Source of the DNA: Gammaproteobacteria bacterium
Lineage (GTDB): Bacteria; Pseudomonadota; Gammaproteobacteria; Ga0077536
NCBI GenBank assembly: GCA_963662545.2
Contig: CAXXLL010000003.1
Coordinates: 1,152,001 to 1,216,000, forward strand
Reading direction: 5' to 3'
DNA: 64,000 bases
Of the stretch, positions 13,115 through 25,897 are shown one piece after another. Positions within the stretch are counted from its first letter, which is position 1, and each line of letters starts with the position of its first letter. A program made the position numbers and the translations under genes. The notes below the pieces were generated by a model, which was given only the letters and a program-made list of their open reading frames with translations, ran no database searches and was not told where the DNA came from.

Positions 13115-13497
13115 GCTATGAGATCCTATACCAACAGAATCGATTATGGGCGCAGATTACACGTAGCTTCACGCGTCATCGCACCGCTGCTTGTTCTTGG
13201 ACCGTTGCTGCTGCGTAATGTTGCGCCTCGCGTTCGCAAATCCGGTATTGAACCGTGTGAAAACCGCCGGTCCGTGTGCCGGCTACTGTAGCATACATGG
13301 GTTTGCGGCACGCATTGGAGACTGGCAGTGATCTCCAAATTCGTATGGGGCATGCAGGCATAGCGCGCGGGTTTCGAGGAGCGTACTTAATAACAATTCC
13401 GCGGCTACGCCGCCCTGCACCGGAAAAGCTCGCGCGATTGTATAAGCGTTCCGCGCTAGATGCGTCCGCGTCTAACCTAAAGACAGAATATTGACGC

Positions 13498-13884
13498 CTA
13501 ACCGTGATCTTGCAGAAGCTCTATCTTGTATCCGTCGGGATCTTCCACGAAAGCGATTACGGTCGACCCGCCTTTCATCGGACCGGCCTCGCGTACAACG
13601 TTTCCATTGCGTTCCTTCACGCCCTCACACGTCGCATAGACGTCCTCCACGCCGATCGCGATGTGTCCGTATGCGTCACCGAGTTGATACTCGCTGGTAT
13701 CCCAGTTGTGGGTCAATTCGAGCACCGCCGTCTCTGATTCATCCGCGTAGCCGACGAAGGCAAGGGTGAATCGACCTTCCGGAAAATCCATTCGTCGAAG
13801 CAACTGCATGCCGAGTACGTCGCAATAGAACGCGATGGATTTTTCGATGTCGGTAACTCGAATCATGGTATGCATCATTCTCAT
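13498..13884 (-). CDS. gloA: Lactoylglutathione lyase
   Basis: HTMIRV, LELTHNW, YGHIAIG, FVEDPDGYKIEL. Confidence 0.96.
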   Translation of the reverse strand: MRMMHTMIRVTDIEKSIAFYCDVLGMQLLRRMDFPEGRFTLAFVGYADESETAVLELTHNWDTSEYQLGDAYGHIAIGVEDVYATCEGVKERNGNVVREAGPMKGGSTVIAFVEDPDGYKIELLQDHG

Positions 13885-13908
13885 GGGCTCAGTCTCCTGT
13901 GTTTCTAA

Positions 13909-14069
13909 GGAATCTCTGAATAAGTCATGGTGCGTCTGAATTGTTCATGAACAGTGCAGATCAAGGCACGAATCGCAGGCCATAGCGGGGACTATTAGCA
14001 AGGTTCGTAACGCCGAGCTGCGCGATTTCATGGGCAAGGCAGATGGGCCATGACTTATTCAGAGGTTCC
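13909..14069. mobile_element. Family A element, copy A2, 161 bp, opposite orientation to A1
   Basis: GGAATCTCTGAATAAGTCATGG / CCATGACTTATTCAGAGGTTCC; CTAA direct repeats. Confidence 0.9.
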
Positions 14070-14095
14070 CTAAGGACCCGTCATTTCCAACCGGG

Positions 14096-15286
14096 TTATT
14101 TAACATCGATTTGCACAAGCGCCGCGGCCCGCCGCGCCTTATCCCGCGCATCTTCGATCGTTTCACCGCGGGCGAGCGCGACCGCCAACCGTCGCTTGCC
14201 GCTGACTTCGGGTTTCCCGAAGATGCGAATATCCGAACCCGGCTGCGACATGGCTTCCACGGCGCCGGCATAACTGATATCGCTGCCGTTTCCCTTGCCG
14301 AGAATTGCACAACTCGCGGCAGGTCCGAACTGTTCGATCGGCGGCAATTTCACGCCGAGCATTGCCCGTACGTGCAAGGCGAATTCGGAGAGAGGCTGGG
14401 AAATCATCGTCACCATACCGGTGTCATGCGGCCGTGGCGATACTTCACTGAATAAAACCTCGGCGCCTTTAATGAACAACTCCACGCCGAAAATTCCATA
14501 TCCGCCGAGTGCTTCCGTAACGGCCGCGGCGATTTCGCGAGCGCGCTCATAGGCCGCCTCACGCATGGTCTGGGGTTGCCAGGATTCACGATAGTCCCCA
14601 TCCACTTGGACGTGCCCGATCGGTGGGCAAAAGCTGGTACCGCCCGCATGTCTTACAGTGAGCAGCGTAATCTCGTAATCGAAATCGACGATTCCCTCGA
14701 CGATGACGCGCTCACGCGTCGCGCGACCGCCGCTGATGGCGTGCTTCCAGGCAGAAGTGCTTTCCTTGATCTCGTGGACCGTAACCTGCCCCTTGCCCGA
14801 TGAACTCATTACCGGTTTAACAACACACGGCACTCCGATTGCCTCTATCGCTTCTGCGCATTCTTTCTCACTACCTGCGAATCGATATTTTGATGTTGGA
14901 AGCCCTAGTTCTTCGGCGGCCAGACAACGAATGCCCTCGCGATTCATGGTCAAAAGTGTCGCATTGGCCGTTGGCACAACGTTAAAACCTTCGTTTTCGA
15001 GTTCGACGAGTTTGGAGGTCGCGATCGCCTCTATCTCGGGGACGATCAGGCACGGATTTTCCCGACGTATAACATCGCCCAGTGCGTCCGGATCCAGCAT
15101 GTCGATCACGTGCGCCCGATGCGCGACGTGCATCGCCGGCGCATTCGCGTAGCGGTCCACCGCGATAACCTCGAGTCCAAGCCGCATCGCTTCCAAGGCA
15201 ACTTCCTTGCCGAGTTCGCCTGATCCCAGCAGCAAAAGTCGCGTACCGTTTGGCGACAGCGGAGTTCCGATCGATTGAATATTCAC
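14096..15286 (-). CDS. purT: Formate-dependent GAR transformylase
   Basis: [32 protein letters not shown]. Confidence 0.97.
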   Translation of the reverse strand: MNIQSIGTPLSPNGTRLLLLGSGELGKEVALEAMRLGLEVIAVDRYANAPAMHVAHRAHVIDMLDPDALGDVIRRENPCLIVPEIEAIATSKLVELENEGFNVVPTANATLLTMNREGIRCLAAEELGLPTSKYRFAGSEKECAEAIEAIGVPCVVKPVMSSSGKGQVTVHEIKESTSAWKHAISGGRATRERVIVEGIVDFDYEITLLTVRHAGGTSFCPPIGHVQVDGDYRESWQPQTMREAAYERAREIAAAVTEALGGYGIFGVELFIKGAEVLFSEVSPRPHDTGMVTMISQPLSEFALHVRAMLGVKLPPIEQFGPAASCAILGKGNGSDISYAGAVEAMSQPGSDIRIFGKPEVSGKRRLAVALARGETIEDARDKARRAAALVQIDVK

Positions 15287-15314
15287 GCGAGTGGCCGCTC
15301 GTTTTGAGGTTTAG

Positions 15315-15476
15315 GGAACCTCTGAGTAAGTCATGGTGCGTCTGAATTGTTCATTAAATTGTGCAGATCAAGGCACGAATCGCAGGCCATAGCGGGGACT
15401 ATGGGCAAGATTCGTAACGCCGAGCTGCGCGATTTCATGGGCAAGGTAGAGGTGCCATGACTTATTCAGAGGTTCC
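15315..15476. mobile_element. Family A element, copy A3, 162 bp
   Basis: Same IRs; TTAG direct repeats 15311-15314 and 15477-15480. Confidence 0.9.
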
Positions 15477-16613
15477 TTAGTCATCATTAAGGACATCGAA
15501 GCCGAGGGCGTCGAGTTCGGCCACAGTATCGGGCGCGAGCCCATCGCTTGCAACGATGAAACTCGAGAATTCCCGACGCAGTCCAAAGCGCGCGCGGATG
15601 TCGTCGAAATGGGCATCGCGCCGCGCAGTCGGCAGGGCCAGCATGCGGCGAAGGCGTTCAGAGTGCCCCGCCAGTGGATGCACTTCCGACAGCAGTTCAG
15701 CAATACCTCCGACGGCGGACAGGGGCGTTTCGCGTCCGGCTGCCGGCGCCTTCAATCCGGACGGGAAAACTTCGTTCATCCTGCAGAAAACGTTGAGGGC
15801 GGTATGTAGCATGCGCGTTGCTTCGAGCCGCGCTTCGCAGCTGTGTCCAGCAATGTGCGGGGTCGCCACCCATGCCGACCGCAGGAGAGCCGCATCGATT
15901 TCGGGCTCGTAGGACCAGCAGTCAACGGCGGCATACAGCGGCGCGCCGGCTTCGAGCCGACGACACAACGCACGTTCGTTGACCACGCCACCGCGCGCCG
16001 CGTTGATGAGCAGCGCCTCGTGCCGAAGACGATTTATACCGTTTTCATCGATCAGATCGACGGTGCGGTGTTGCCCCGTGCTCGTCAGGGGTACATGCAA
16101 ACTAACTACGTCGCGGTCCATGATCTCCTCGAGGGACAGCAAACGAATCGCGCCGGATGCCTCGGCCAGCGGCGGATCGCTGATGGCAAATTCGATACCG
16201 AGCTTCTTGAGCAGCGATGCCAGACATCGTCCGACATTGCCATAACCGACGATCCCGACCGCCAGTTCACGCGGCGGCACCTTACGCAACGCTGCATAGG
16301 TATAGAGACAGGTCGCGACATGCTCAGCGACTGCACGCGCATTGCATCCCTCGGCATGGGCAAATTCGATGGACGCACGGGCGAGGAATTCGGCATCGAC
16401 GTGGTCGACGCCTGCCGTCGCCGTACCTACGAACCGGACCGGTGTTCCCGCCAGCAGGGAGTGGTCGATCGGGGTGACGGAACGCACCAGGAGAATTTCG
16501 GCGTCCCCAATATCGGTTTGGCGCAGGCGGCGGCCATCGAACAGGCGTACCGGACCGAACGCCTCAAAAACCTCTGCAACGGCGGCGATTTCTCTGTCCG
16601 CGAGAATCTCCAA
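15477..16613 (-). CDS. pdxB: Erythronate-4-phosphate dehydrogenase
   Basis: LLVRSVT, GTATAGVDHVD, GCNARAVAE, TPHIAGHS, RREF. Confidence 0.92.
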   Translation of the reverse strand: MEILADREIAAVAEVFEAFGPVRLFDGRRLRQTDIGDAEILLVRSVTPIDHSLLAGTPVRFVGTATAGVDHVDAEFLARASIEFAHAEGCNARAVAEHVATCLYTYAALRKVPPRELAVGIVGYGNVGRCLASLLKKLGIEFAISDPPLAEASGAIRLLSLEEIMDRDVVSLHVPLTSTGQHRTVDLIDENGINRLRHEALLINAARGGVVNERALCRRLEAGAPLYAAVDCWSYEPEIDAALLRSAWVATPHIAGHSCEARLEATRMLHTALNVFCRMNEVFPSGLKAPAAGRETPLSAVGGIAELLSEVHPLAGHSERLRRMLALPTARRDAHFDDIRARFGLRREFSSFIVASDGLAPDTVAELDALGFDVLNDD

Positions 16614-16637
16614 GGGATTCCGATGCGGGAGCGCGCG

Positions 16638-17564
16638 TCACGGCCGCTCGTCGACGGTCGCACCCTCTTTTTGAACGGGCATCAGATCGATCCTGGCTAC
16701 GCCCAGCGCGAGTGCCGCTGCGCTCGCGACGAATATCGACGAGTAGCTACCGATCACGACGCCGACGATCAGTGCCGTCGCGAAGGCGTGGATGAGTTCG
16801 CCACCGAGGAAAAAGAGCGCCACAAGGACTAGCAGGGTCGTGAGTGAAGTAACCAAGGTGCGCGACAAAGTCTGGTTGAGCGAACGGTTGATGACTTCCT
16901 GTGCCGGGCTCTTACGTATACGGCGGAAGTTTTCACGGATCCGATCGAACACCACGATGGTGTCATTGAGCGAATATCCGATGACTGCGAGCAGCGCCGC
17001 CAATACCGGTAGATCGAACTCCATTTGCGTCACCGCGAAGAAGCCCAGGACCACGAGGACGTCGTGTATCAGCGCGGCAATGGCGCCTAAGGAAAACTTG
17101 AAGGTGAAGCGCAGCATGACGTACACCAATATGCCACCCAGCGCGTACAGCATGGCCAAGGCGCCGTCTTCGGTCAGCTCCTCTCCGACCTGTGGACCGA
17201 CGAATTCGATACGCCGCATTTCGGCATCCGGCAGCAAGTCGAGGATGCGCGTGCTGACGTCGTCCGTTGCCAGTTCTTCGGAAGCTACCAGGCGTACCAG
17301 CACGTCCCGTGGCGATCCAAAGTATTGCACCACCGCATCGCCGAATTCAGACGCCGCCAGCGTCGCCCGAATACCGTCCAGATCCGCTGGTTCTGCGTAG
17401 CCGAGTTCCACCAGCGTCCCACCGGTGAAATCGATGCCGAGCTTGAGCCCGTTTACGGCCAGCATCGCCGCCGAGCCGACGAGTAGAAGCGCGGAGAAGA
17501 ACACCGCGAGGTGACGGCGTCCCATGAAATCGATATTAAATTCGCCCGGTTTTCTGTCAGCCAT
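16638..17564 (-). CDS. secF: Protein translocase subunit SecF
   Basis: LGIDFTGG, VGPQVG, GYSLNDTIVVFDRIRE. Confidence 0.97.
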   Translation of the reverse strand: MADRKPGEFNIDFMGRRHLAVFFSALLLVGSAAMLAVNGLKLGIDFTGGTLVELGYAEPADLDGIRATLAASEFGDAVVQYFGSPRDVLVRLVASEELATDDVSTRILDLLPDAEMRRIEFVGPQVGEELTEDGALAMLYALGGILVYVMLRFTFKFSLGAIAALIHDVLVVLGFFAVTQMEFDLPVLAALLAVIGYSLNDTIVVFDRIRENFRRIRKSPAQEVINRSLNQTLSRTLVTSLTTLLVLVALFFLGGELIHAFATALIVGVVIGSYSSIFVASAAALALGVARIDLMPVQKEGATVDERP

Positions 17565-17577
17565 GATTCACCGCACA

Positions 17578-19395
17578 CTAAATAACGAGTTTATCCAAAC
17601 GGCGACCGCCGTAAATCAGGTTAACCACCGCGCGCGTTCCCAGTATGGCCGTGAACATCGAAGTCAGGATCCCCAGTGACAGCGTCACTGCGAATCCCTT
17701 AATCGGCCCGGTACCGAAACTGAACAACACGACCGACGCGATCAAGGTCGTGATATTTGCGTCGGCGATTGTCGATAAGGCCTTTTCGTAACCTTGTTCG
17801 ATACTCTTCTGCGGCGTATTGCCGTTTCGAATCTCCTCACGGATGCGTTGAAAGATGAGTACGTTGGCATCCACGGCCATACCGATCGTCAGGACGATCC
17901 CAGCGATGCCGGGCAAGGTCAGCGTCGCCTGCAGCATCGACAGGAGGGCGACGATGAGTACCAGATTAATGGTAAGCGCGAGATCGGCCACGAGGCCGAA
18001 CACCTTGTAGTAGAACGCCATGAAGATCAGTACGCCGAAAAAGCCGATAAGAACCGAATTCAAGCCCTTGTCGATGTTTTCCTGACCGAGGCTGGGCCCG
18101 ACCGTGCGCTCTTCGATGATCTCGATGGGGGCGGCCAGCGCGCCGGCGCGCAGCAAGAGCGCCAGGTTTCGCGCTTCCTCGGTGGTATCGAGTCCGGAGA
18201 TCTGGAACCGCTTCGACAGCTGGTCCCGGATGGTCGCTATGTTGATCACTTCGTCGAACCGGCGGCCTTTGCGCTGCTCGATATAAACGACACCCATGGG
18301 TTTACCGATCTGATCGCGGGTCGCGCGGCTGAAGATGCGCGCACCCTTGCCGTCCAGGGTGATATATACCGCCGGGGTGCCCGTCTGTTGTTCGATGCCG
18401 GAGGATGCGTCGATGATATATTCACCCGTCAACATCACCCTTTTCTCGAGCAAGACCGGGTTGCCGTTGCGTTCGTAGAGGAGTTTCGAGTTGACCGGGA
18501 CCCGCCCGTCCACCGCGGCGTTTACGTCGCCGTCGAGATCGACCATGCGAAATTCCAGCGTCGCAGTTGCGCCCAGGATCTGTTTGGCCCGGCTGGGATC
18601 CTCCACGCCCGGCAGCTGCACGACGATGCGGCTCGCGCCCTGCTGCTGAATCACCGGTTCGGCGACGCCGAATTCGTTAACCCGGTTGCGCAAGGTCGTC
18701 AGATTCTGTTTGAGTGCGGTGCGCCGTGTTTCCTGCAGCAGATCCTCACTGATGGTCAGGTGAATCATTTCCGGATCCGCGAGGTCTTCGGCCCGCAAAT
18801 CCTGAAAGTCCGAGCTCAGAATCGGCCCGGCGCGGTCCTTCATTTCCGGGTTCAAAAAGCGCACGAGTACCCCACCCTGCGGATCGCGCGCGATGGAACG
18901 GTAGCGGATTTTCTCCTCACGCAAAGCGGTTCGAAGCTCCGAGACGAAACGATCTTCGGTTTGTACCCTGACCGCGTCCATGTCGACTTGCATGAGAAAA
19001 TGCACGCCGCCACGTAAATCCAGCCCCATGTACATGGGTTTGCCGCCGATCGATCGCAACCACTCGGGCATCGCCGGCGCCTGATTGAGCGCCACGACAT
19101 AACGGTCGTCTCCTGCGGCCTGTTCCACGATTGCGCGCGCCCGCGCACGCGATGCGTCATCGTCGAAGCGGATCAAAAGTCGGTTTTCGCCGAGTTCCAT
19201 TTGCTTCGGCGTGACGTCTGCTTCCGCGAGCGCTTTACTGATACGCGCTCGCAGCGCCTCATCGACCGGGTCCGCACGAAGCGCCGACACTTGAAGCGCC
19301 GGATCGTTGCCGTAAATGTTAGGCAATGCGTAGATCGCACCCAGCCCTATCACGAACATGATGAGCAGGTAGCGCCAGAGCGGATATTGATTCAT
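17578..19395 (-). CDS. secD: Protein translocase subunit SecD
   Basis: GLDLRGG, RIVVQLPG, GMAVDANVLI. Confidence 0.97.
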   Translation of the reverse strand: MNQYPLWRYLLIMFVIGLGAIYALPNIYGNDPALQVSALRADPVDEALRARISKALAEADVTPKQMELGENRLLIRFDDDASRARARAIVEQAAGDDRYVVALNQAPAMPEWLRSIGGKPMYMGLDLRGGVHFLMQVDMDAVRVQTEDRFVSELRTALREEKIRYRSIARDPQGGVLVRFLNPEMKDRAGPILSSDFQDLRAEDLADPEMIHLTISEDLLQETRRTALKQNLTTLRNRVNEFGVAEPVIQQQGASRIVVQLPGVEDPSRAKQILGATATLEFRMVDLDGDVNAAVDGRVPVNSKLLYERNGNPVLLEKRVMLTGEYIIDASSGIEQQTGTPAVYITLDGKGARIFSRATRDQIGKPMGVVYIEQRKGRRFDEVINIATIRDQLSKRFQISGLDTTEEARNLALLLRAGALAAPIEIIEERTVGPSLGQENIDKGLNSVLIGFFGVLIFMAFYYKVFGLVADLALTINLVLIVALLSMLQATLTLPGIAGIVLTIGMAVDANVLIFQRIREEIRNGNTPQKSIEQGYEKALSTIADANITTLIASVVLFSFGTGPIKGFAVTLSLGILTSMFTAILGTRAVVNLIYGGRRLDKLVI

Positions 19396-19404
19396 CGGAT
19401 AGGT

Positions 19405-19430
19405 CTAGCAGTCTGTCGGACTTAGGGAAT
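19405..19430. repeat. Solo end of a family B element
   Basis: CTAG-CAGTCTGTCGGACTTAGGGAAT, nearly identical to the B1 IR. Confidence 0.65.
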
Positions 19431-19480
19431 TGCTTATCGAGGAGATCGTTCGACGCCGGCGGGATGCCGCCGCAGCGCCA

Positions 19481-19807
19481 TTACATCTCCTTCACCGTAC
19501 CCTTGGGCATGATCTGGGCGATGGCGTGCTTCTGTACCTTGACTTCGGTGCCCTTGGTGATTTCGAGCTTGACGAAATTGCTGCCGACTTCGGTGATGCG
19601 TCCCAGTAGCCCACCGGTCGTCACCGCCTCGTCGCCTTTGGCCAGGGCATCCACCATTTTTGAATGATCCTTTTGTCGCTTCATCTGCGGCCGGATAAGG
19701 AACAAATAGAAGGCCACGAACAGGATGATGAGAGGGAGGAACCCGACCAGGCTCGGTTCCTGCGCCCCGGCGCCCTGCGCCCAGGCATTTTGTATCAAAT
19801 AGTCCAT
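19481..19807 (-). CDS. yajC: Preprotein translocase subunit YajC
   Basis: FYLFLIRPQMKR, KGDEAVTTGG. Confidence 0.96.
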   Translation of the reverse strand: MDYLIQNAWAQGAGAQEPSLVGFLPLIILFVAFYLFLIRPQMKRQKDHSKMVDALAKGDEAVTTGGLLGRITEVGSNFVKLEITKGTEVKVQKHAIAQIMPKGTVKEM

Positions 19808-19859
19808 CGAAACCCTCGAAAAATGGCCGCGTATTATGACACAGCCCTGCGCGGTGGTG

Positions 19860-22045
<2,186 letters not shown>

Positions 22046-22126
22046 ACGGTGATCCTAGCAGCGCTGTATAATGCAATTCGACCCCGAATAAACCATTCAC
22101 TTATACTTTCCGCTCTTCGAATCCAT

Positions 22127-22213
22127 GCCGGGGTGGCGGAACTGGTAGACGCGCCAGACTCAAAATCTGGTATGGGTAACCATGTGAGAGTTCGAGTCTC
22201 TCTCCCGGCACCA
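22127..22213 (+). tRNA. tRNA-Leu (anticodon CAA)
   Basis: Acceptor GCCGGGG/TCCCGGC, anticodon arm CCAGA-CTCAAAA-TCTGG, long variable arm, GTTCGAG, encoded CCA. Confidence 0.96.
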
Positions 22214-22376
22214 TAGAAAAGCATCAGAACCGTCCCCACCACGGCACTGTTGCTGGTGTGGTCCGCAATTCCCTGTAAAGTGCTGGAGGAGCTATAAACG
22301 GACCGCTTGAAACCTCGATGTTTAACTATCCACGGAACCGGATCGACTCCATCCCATTCTTGCTAGAATTTGGAGT

Positions 22377-22616
22377 GTGAGCGGACAGCGCCGTAACCAA
22401 ACCAAGCGCCGGGATTGGGCGATCGCCAAGACGACGCTGAAGGCCGAGATCGAATCCCGGCAGAGTGCGCTGCCGCCACGAGATTCGCTGGCCATGATGT
22501 GGCAGCTCGCCCTCGACGCTTGGGCGAGCGCGGGACGCCCGATACCTGAATACTCACGAGACCAGGCACGCGTAAGCAAGCTCACGATACACGTTGCCCC
22601 GCCTAGCAAAGATTGA
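22377..22616 (+). CDS. Small hypothetical protein coupled to a nucleotidyltransferase gene
   Basis: 79 aa; TGA stop overlaps the TTG start of the next gene. Confidence 0.5.
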   Translation: MSGQRRNQTKRRDWAIAKTTLKAEIESRQSALPPRDSLAMMWQLALDAWASAGRPIPEYSRDQARVSKLTIHVAPPSKD

Positions 22617-23086
22617 ACGAAGATTTCCTCGATATGTTACGCCCCCTATCGCAAGCAAGCGTGCGTTTCATTATCGTTGGTGCACACGCGCTGCCCGGTC
22701 ACGGCTTCCCGCGCGCCACTGGGGATGTCGATATCTAGTTAGAGCCGTGTGAAGAAAATGCCCCGCGGATCTGGAAGGCGCTGCAACAGTTTAGCGCGCC
22801 GATCGACTCACTGAATCTCGCGCCTGATGACTTTTTGGTACTCGGAACGGTAATACAGATCGGCCTGTCGCCGCGACGCATCGACCTCTTGACGAGCATT
22901 ACCGGTGTCGAGGTTTCGGACGCATGAGACTCGCATATCGAGATCGAGGTTGCCGACGTGCGCTTGCCGATCCTGGGGCGCGAACACCTGTTGACACACA
23001 AACGTGCCGTTGGCCGACCGCAAGATCTCGCTGATATCGAGCTTTTGCGCTCGAAGCCTGGAATCGACGATTCGAGTTCCGGCTAG
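22613..23086 (+). pseudogene. Minimal nucleotidyltransferase (DUF6036-like) with two in-frame stops
   Basis: Own translation: LNEDFLDML...IIVGAHAL..HGFPRATGDVDI*...RIDLLTSITGV...DA*...KRAVGRPQDLAD; TAG 22736, TGA 22925. Confidence 0.8.
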
Positions 23087-23310
23087 ATTCTGTCTGCGAT
23101 TCTCGTAGCAGTGTGGTCCGGCGTAAGATGAAGATTCTGTATGATGCCACTAGCCTGGACGACCTCGTCACACTGCGGGGAAATTGTCTAGAAGTGCTTC
23201 GAGGCGACCGGAACACTCTTCGAGCGGACGGTACGACTTCGTAACATGGCGCGAGAGGCCGGCGTTTTGCGAATCGTTTTTTTTACGGTCGTTGTCCATA
23301 GCCCTTGTCC

Positions 23311-24384
23311 TCACATCGCCGCGCGCCCGCCAGGTTGCGTGCTCGCGTCGAGGAACCTGTCACAAAAGATTGTGTCTTCGCGCATGCCGAGCACCACCAA
23401 TCGCTCGATGCCGGCGTCCACCATCGGCGGCGGTCCGCAGAGATACCCCTGATCGCCGGTTCCGAACCCGCCCACGTCGACGACCTCAGACAGGACGTCG
23501 GTCACCATGCCGCGCGCCCCGGTCCAGTCGCCGCCCGCCGGCTCTTCCGAGAGTACCGGCAATACCTCGAAACTGCCCGACCACGCGCGGCCGATCGCTG
23601 TCAATTCATCGAGGTAAAAGAGATCGGCCCGCGTTCTGGCGCCGAACAGCACCACGCAATCGCGTCGCAAACCAGATCGCACGCCTTCTTCCAGCAAGGC
23701 ATGGATCGGCGCGAGGCCGCTACCGCCCGCGATACAGATTATGCGGCCGTCCGTCTGGCGGTGGTAGAACGAACCATAGGGACCGCTCAGCGCGAGGACG
23801 GCACCGGTTCGATCTTGAGTGAACAACCAATCCGTGAATTCGCCGCCCGGAACATGGCGAATAAAGAAACTGATCCGTCCCGGCTCGCCGGCCCCGGGCG
23901 CGACGGCGAATGAATAACTGCGGGGTTCGTTCAAGCCTTCGATCGAGATCTCTGCGTATTGGCCGGCACGGGCGTCTGCGAAGGCGGCGGCGTCGATGGT
24001 GACCACGACATGTTGGATATCGTGGGTAAGGTACCGGATTTCGCCAATACGCCCCTGGTGCTTTTCAATTACACCGCTTTCCTGTGCGCCAAGTGTGACC
24101 TCGACGACGACGTCGCTTCGCAACTGGGACTGACAGGCAAGTATTGCACCGGCCTTTAGATCATCCAGTTCGAGGGTGTAGGCGAAATCCGTCAGCGGTT
24201 TGATCTGGCCCGATTTGAGAATGCACCGGCAAGTACCGCAACTGCCGACGCGGCAGTCATGCGGCCAGTCGAGCCCGGCCTCGAGCGCCGCGGTGAGCAA
24301 CTTCTCGCCACCCTTGACCACCAGCACCCGCCCGTCCGGATGGATGGTGACCTGGTAGTCGCGCTTTTTTAAGAAACTGAACAC
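23311..24384 (-). CDS. [2Fe-2S]-FAD-NAD(P)H reductase, XylA-like
   Basis: CRVGSCGTC...LACQ, RSYS, AGGSGLAP, YLCGPPPM; probable GTG 24384. Confidence 0.9.
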   Translation of the reverse strand: MFSFLKKRDYQVTIHPDGRVLVVKGGEKLLTAALEAGLDWPHDCRVGSCGTCRCILKSGQIKPLTDFAYTLELDDLKAGAILACQSQLRSDVVVEVTLGAQESGVIEKHQGRIGEIRYLTHDIQHVVVTIDAAAFADARAGQYAEISIEGLNEPRSYSFAVAPGAGEPGRISFFIRHVPGGEFTDWLFTQDRTGAVLALSGPYGSFYHRQTDGRIICIAGGSGLAPIHALLEEGVRSGLRRDCVVLFGARTRADLFYLDELTAIGRAWSGSFEVLPVLSEEPAGGDWTGARGMVTDVLSEVVDVGGFGTGDQGYLCGPPPMVDAGIERLVVLGMREDTIFCDRFLDASTQPGGRAAM

Positions 24385-24487
24385 GGCGATCCCGGTCGGT
24401 GGTGCTAGCTCGCCGAAGTTGAATCGAACCGGCCAGAGGCTCCTCAACAAGCCCTTGGATCAGGTCGACCCGTCAAAAGCGCAGGGC

Positions 24488-25702
24488 TCAGACCGTCGAC
24501 GGAGAAGCTCCGCTCACCAGCTCCGCAATACCCGATTCGCGGTTGTGCTCTTCGATGACTTTGAGTTCCTCGGGCGTCGCCCAGTGCTCGTCCCAGTCCT
24601 TGAGCATGGGGATCATTTCCTCCCAGAACCACGGCGGGATCCACGAGATCAAGACCATCGTGATATAGCCATACGGCGATTCCGGCATGGGTTTCCACTT
24701 GAACTCGTAGAAGGGCGTATCGTGTTCGTGGTGCGATCCGTGTCGCCCCAGATTGAAAAGAAAGTGGTTGCTCAGTGGGTTGATACTCGAGAACGTATTC
24801 CGCGTGGTGATCTTATCGCCCGGCAGTCGAATCAAACCGTAATGCGAAAAGAAATTGAGCCCTTCGAGAATGTACTTGGAGGTACAAGCCGCGGTGAACC
24901 ACACGATGAACCCCAGCCAGCCGGCCATCGCGAATACCAGCGCGACCACGACTGCGCCGCGCAACCACGCGTGGATTACGCGGTTGTGCGGCGACAGCCA
25001 GTGCTTGCCGAGAGCTTCGAGGCGGCGCTTTTCGATGTTGAAACCGCCCTGCCATTGCTGCCAGCCGCCGACCGTCAGAAACTCGTAGAAGCCGATGCCC
25101 CGCTTTGGCGAAACGGTATCGACACCGGGATACCCAAGCTGCTTGTGGTGGCCGTAAACGTGTTCCGTGGCGAAGTTGCCGCCGAAGCTCAGCGCGAAGT
25201 CCCAGCGGCCGAATCGCATGTCTAGCGGGTTGCCCGTGCGGTGGGTCAGTTCGTGCGCGGCAGAGATACCGCTGACGCCCAGCAGGCCGCCCAGCGAGAG
25301 CCCGGCGCCGAGGAAGTCGAACCCGGCGTTGCCCGCCCGTGCGACGAAGACGTCGTGCGAACTGCCCGCCAAGCCGAGCAGCGCGTTGACCAGGTTTCCG
25401 AAACCGAGAACGTCATAACTAGCGGCGGTCCAGATCGCGACGAAGGTGGCGACCATGTGGCACAACACCGCCGAATAGAGGATGAGGTCGTGGACGATCG
25501 GATAGCGATACTCGGGATTCGTCTCGTCACGCCAATTCTTGGTCAGCATCTCGCCGCCGACGCCGACGCCGAACAGAAAGACGACGCCGCTCCACATCCA
25601 CCAGCCGCCTGCCAGCAGACCGGCGATGGTGATGGCGGCCCAGATCCAGTGTATGTAGCCGAAACGCAGATACTTCCACATGGTGATCCCCTCCGCTTTC
25701 AA
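24488..25702 (-). CDS. Membrane diiron monooxygenase, AlkB/XylM family
   Basis: TM helices; HELTH, EHVYGHH, NFFSHYG, RHGSHH; paired with reductase. Confidence 0.88.
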   Translation of the reverse strand: MKAEGITMWKYLRFGYIHWIWAAITIAGLLAGGWWMWSGVVFLFGVGVGGEMLTKNWRDETNPEYRYPIVHDLILYSAVLCHMVATFVAIWTAASYDVLGFGNLVNALLGLAGSSHDVFVARAGNAGFDFLGAGLSLGGLLGVSGISAAHELTHRTGNPLDMRFGRWDFALSFGGNFATEHVYGHHKQLGYPGVDTVSPKRGIGFYEFLTVGGWQQWQGGFNIEKRRLEALGKHWLSPHNRVIHAWLRGAVVVALVFAMAGWLGFIVWFTAACTSKYILEGLNFFSHYGLIRLPGDKITTRNTFSSINPLSNHFLFNLGRHGSHHEHDTPFYEFKWKPMPESPYGYITMVLISWIPPWFWEEMIPMLKDWDEHWATPEELKVIEEHNRESGIAELVSGASPSTV

Positions 25703-25897
25703 TCCCCCGCAGGTCGCGGGGCGGTCGTCTGAAAGTGTGGCCGGGTATTCCGCACTATGCCGAATCCCGTTCTATCCTGATCCAATTATAGTCCCGGGCC
25801 GTGGTTCGAACTGGAAAGAATGGCGGGATGGCCGCGCGAATGCGCGGTCTTCAGCTACGCGGTAAGCGGCAACCGGCGGGCGCCGGCAGGACTCCGG

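Noticed and set aside
17794-19017. Long alternative-frame ORFs (also 15843-16832, 31482-32525, 47471-48559, 50029-51216)
   Set aside because: Overlap well-supported genes; typical GC-rich shadow frames with no motifs.
22736-22927. Stop-codon recoding in the nucleotidyltransferase
   Set aside because: Two different stops, both used as normal terminators elsewhere in the window; decay is simpler.
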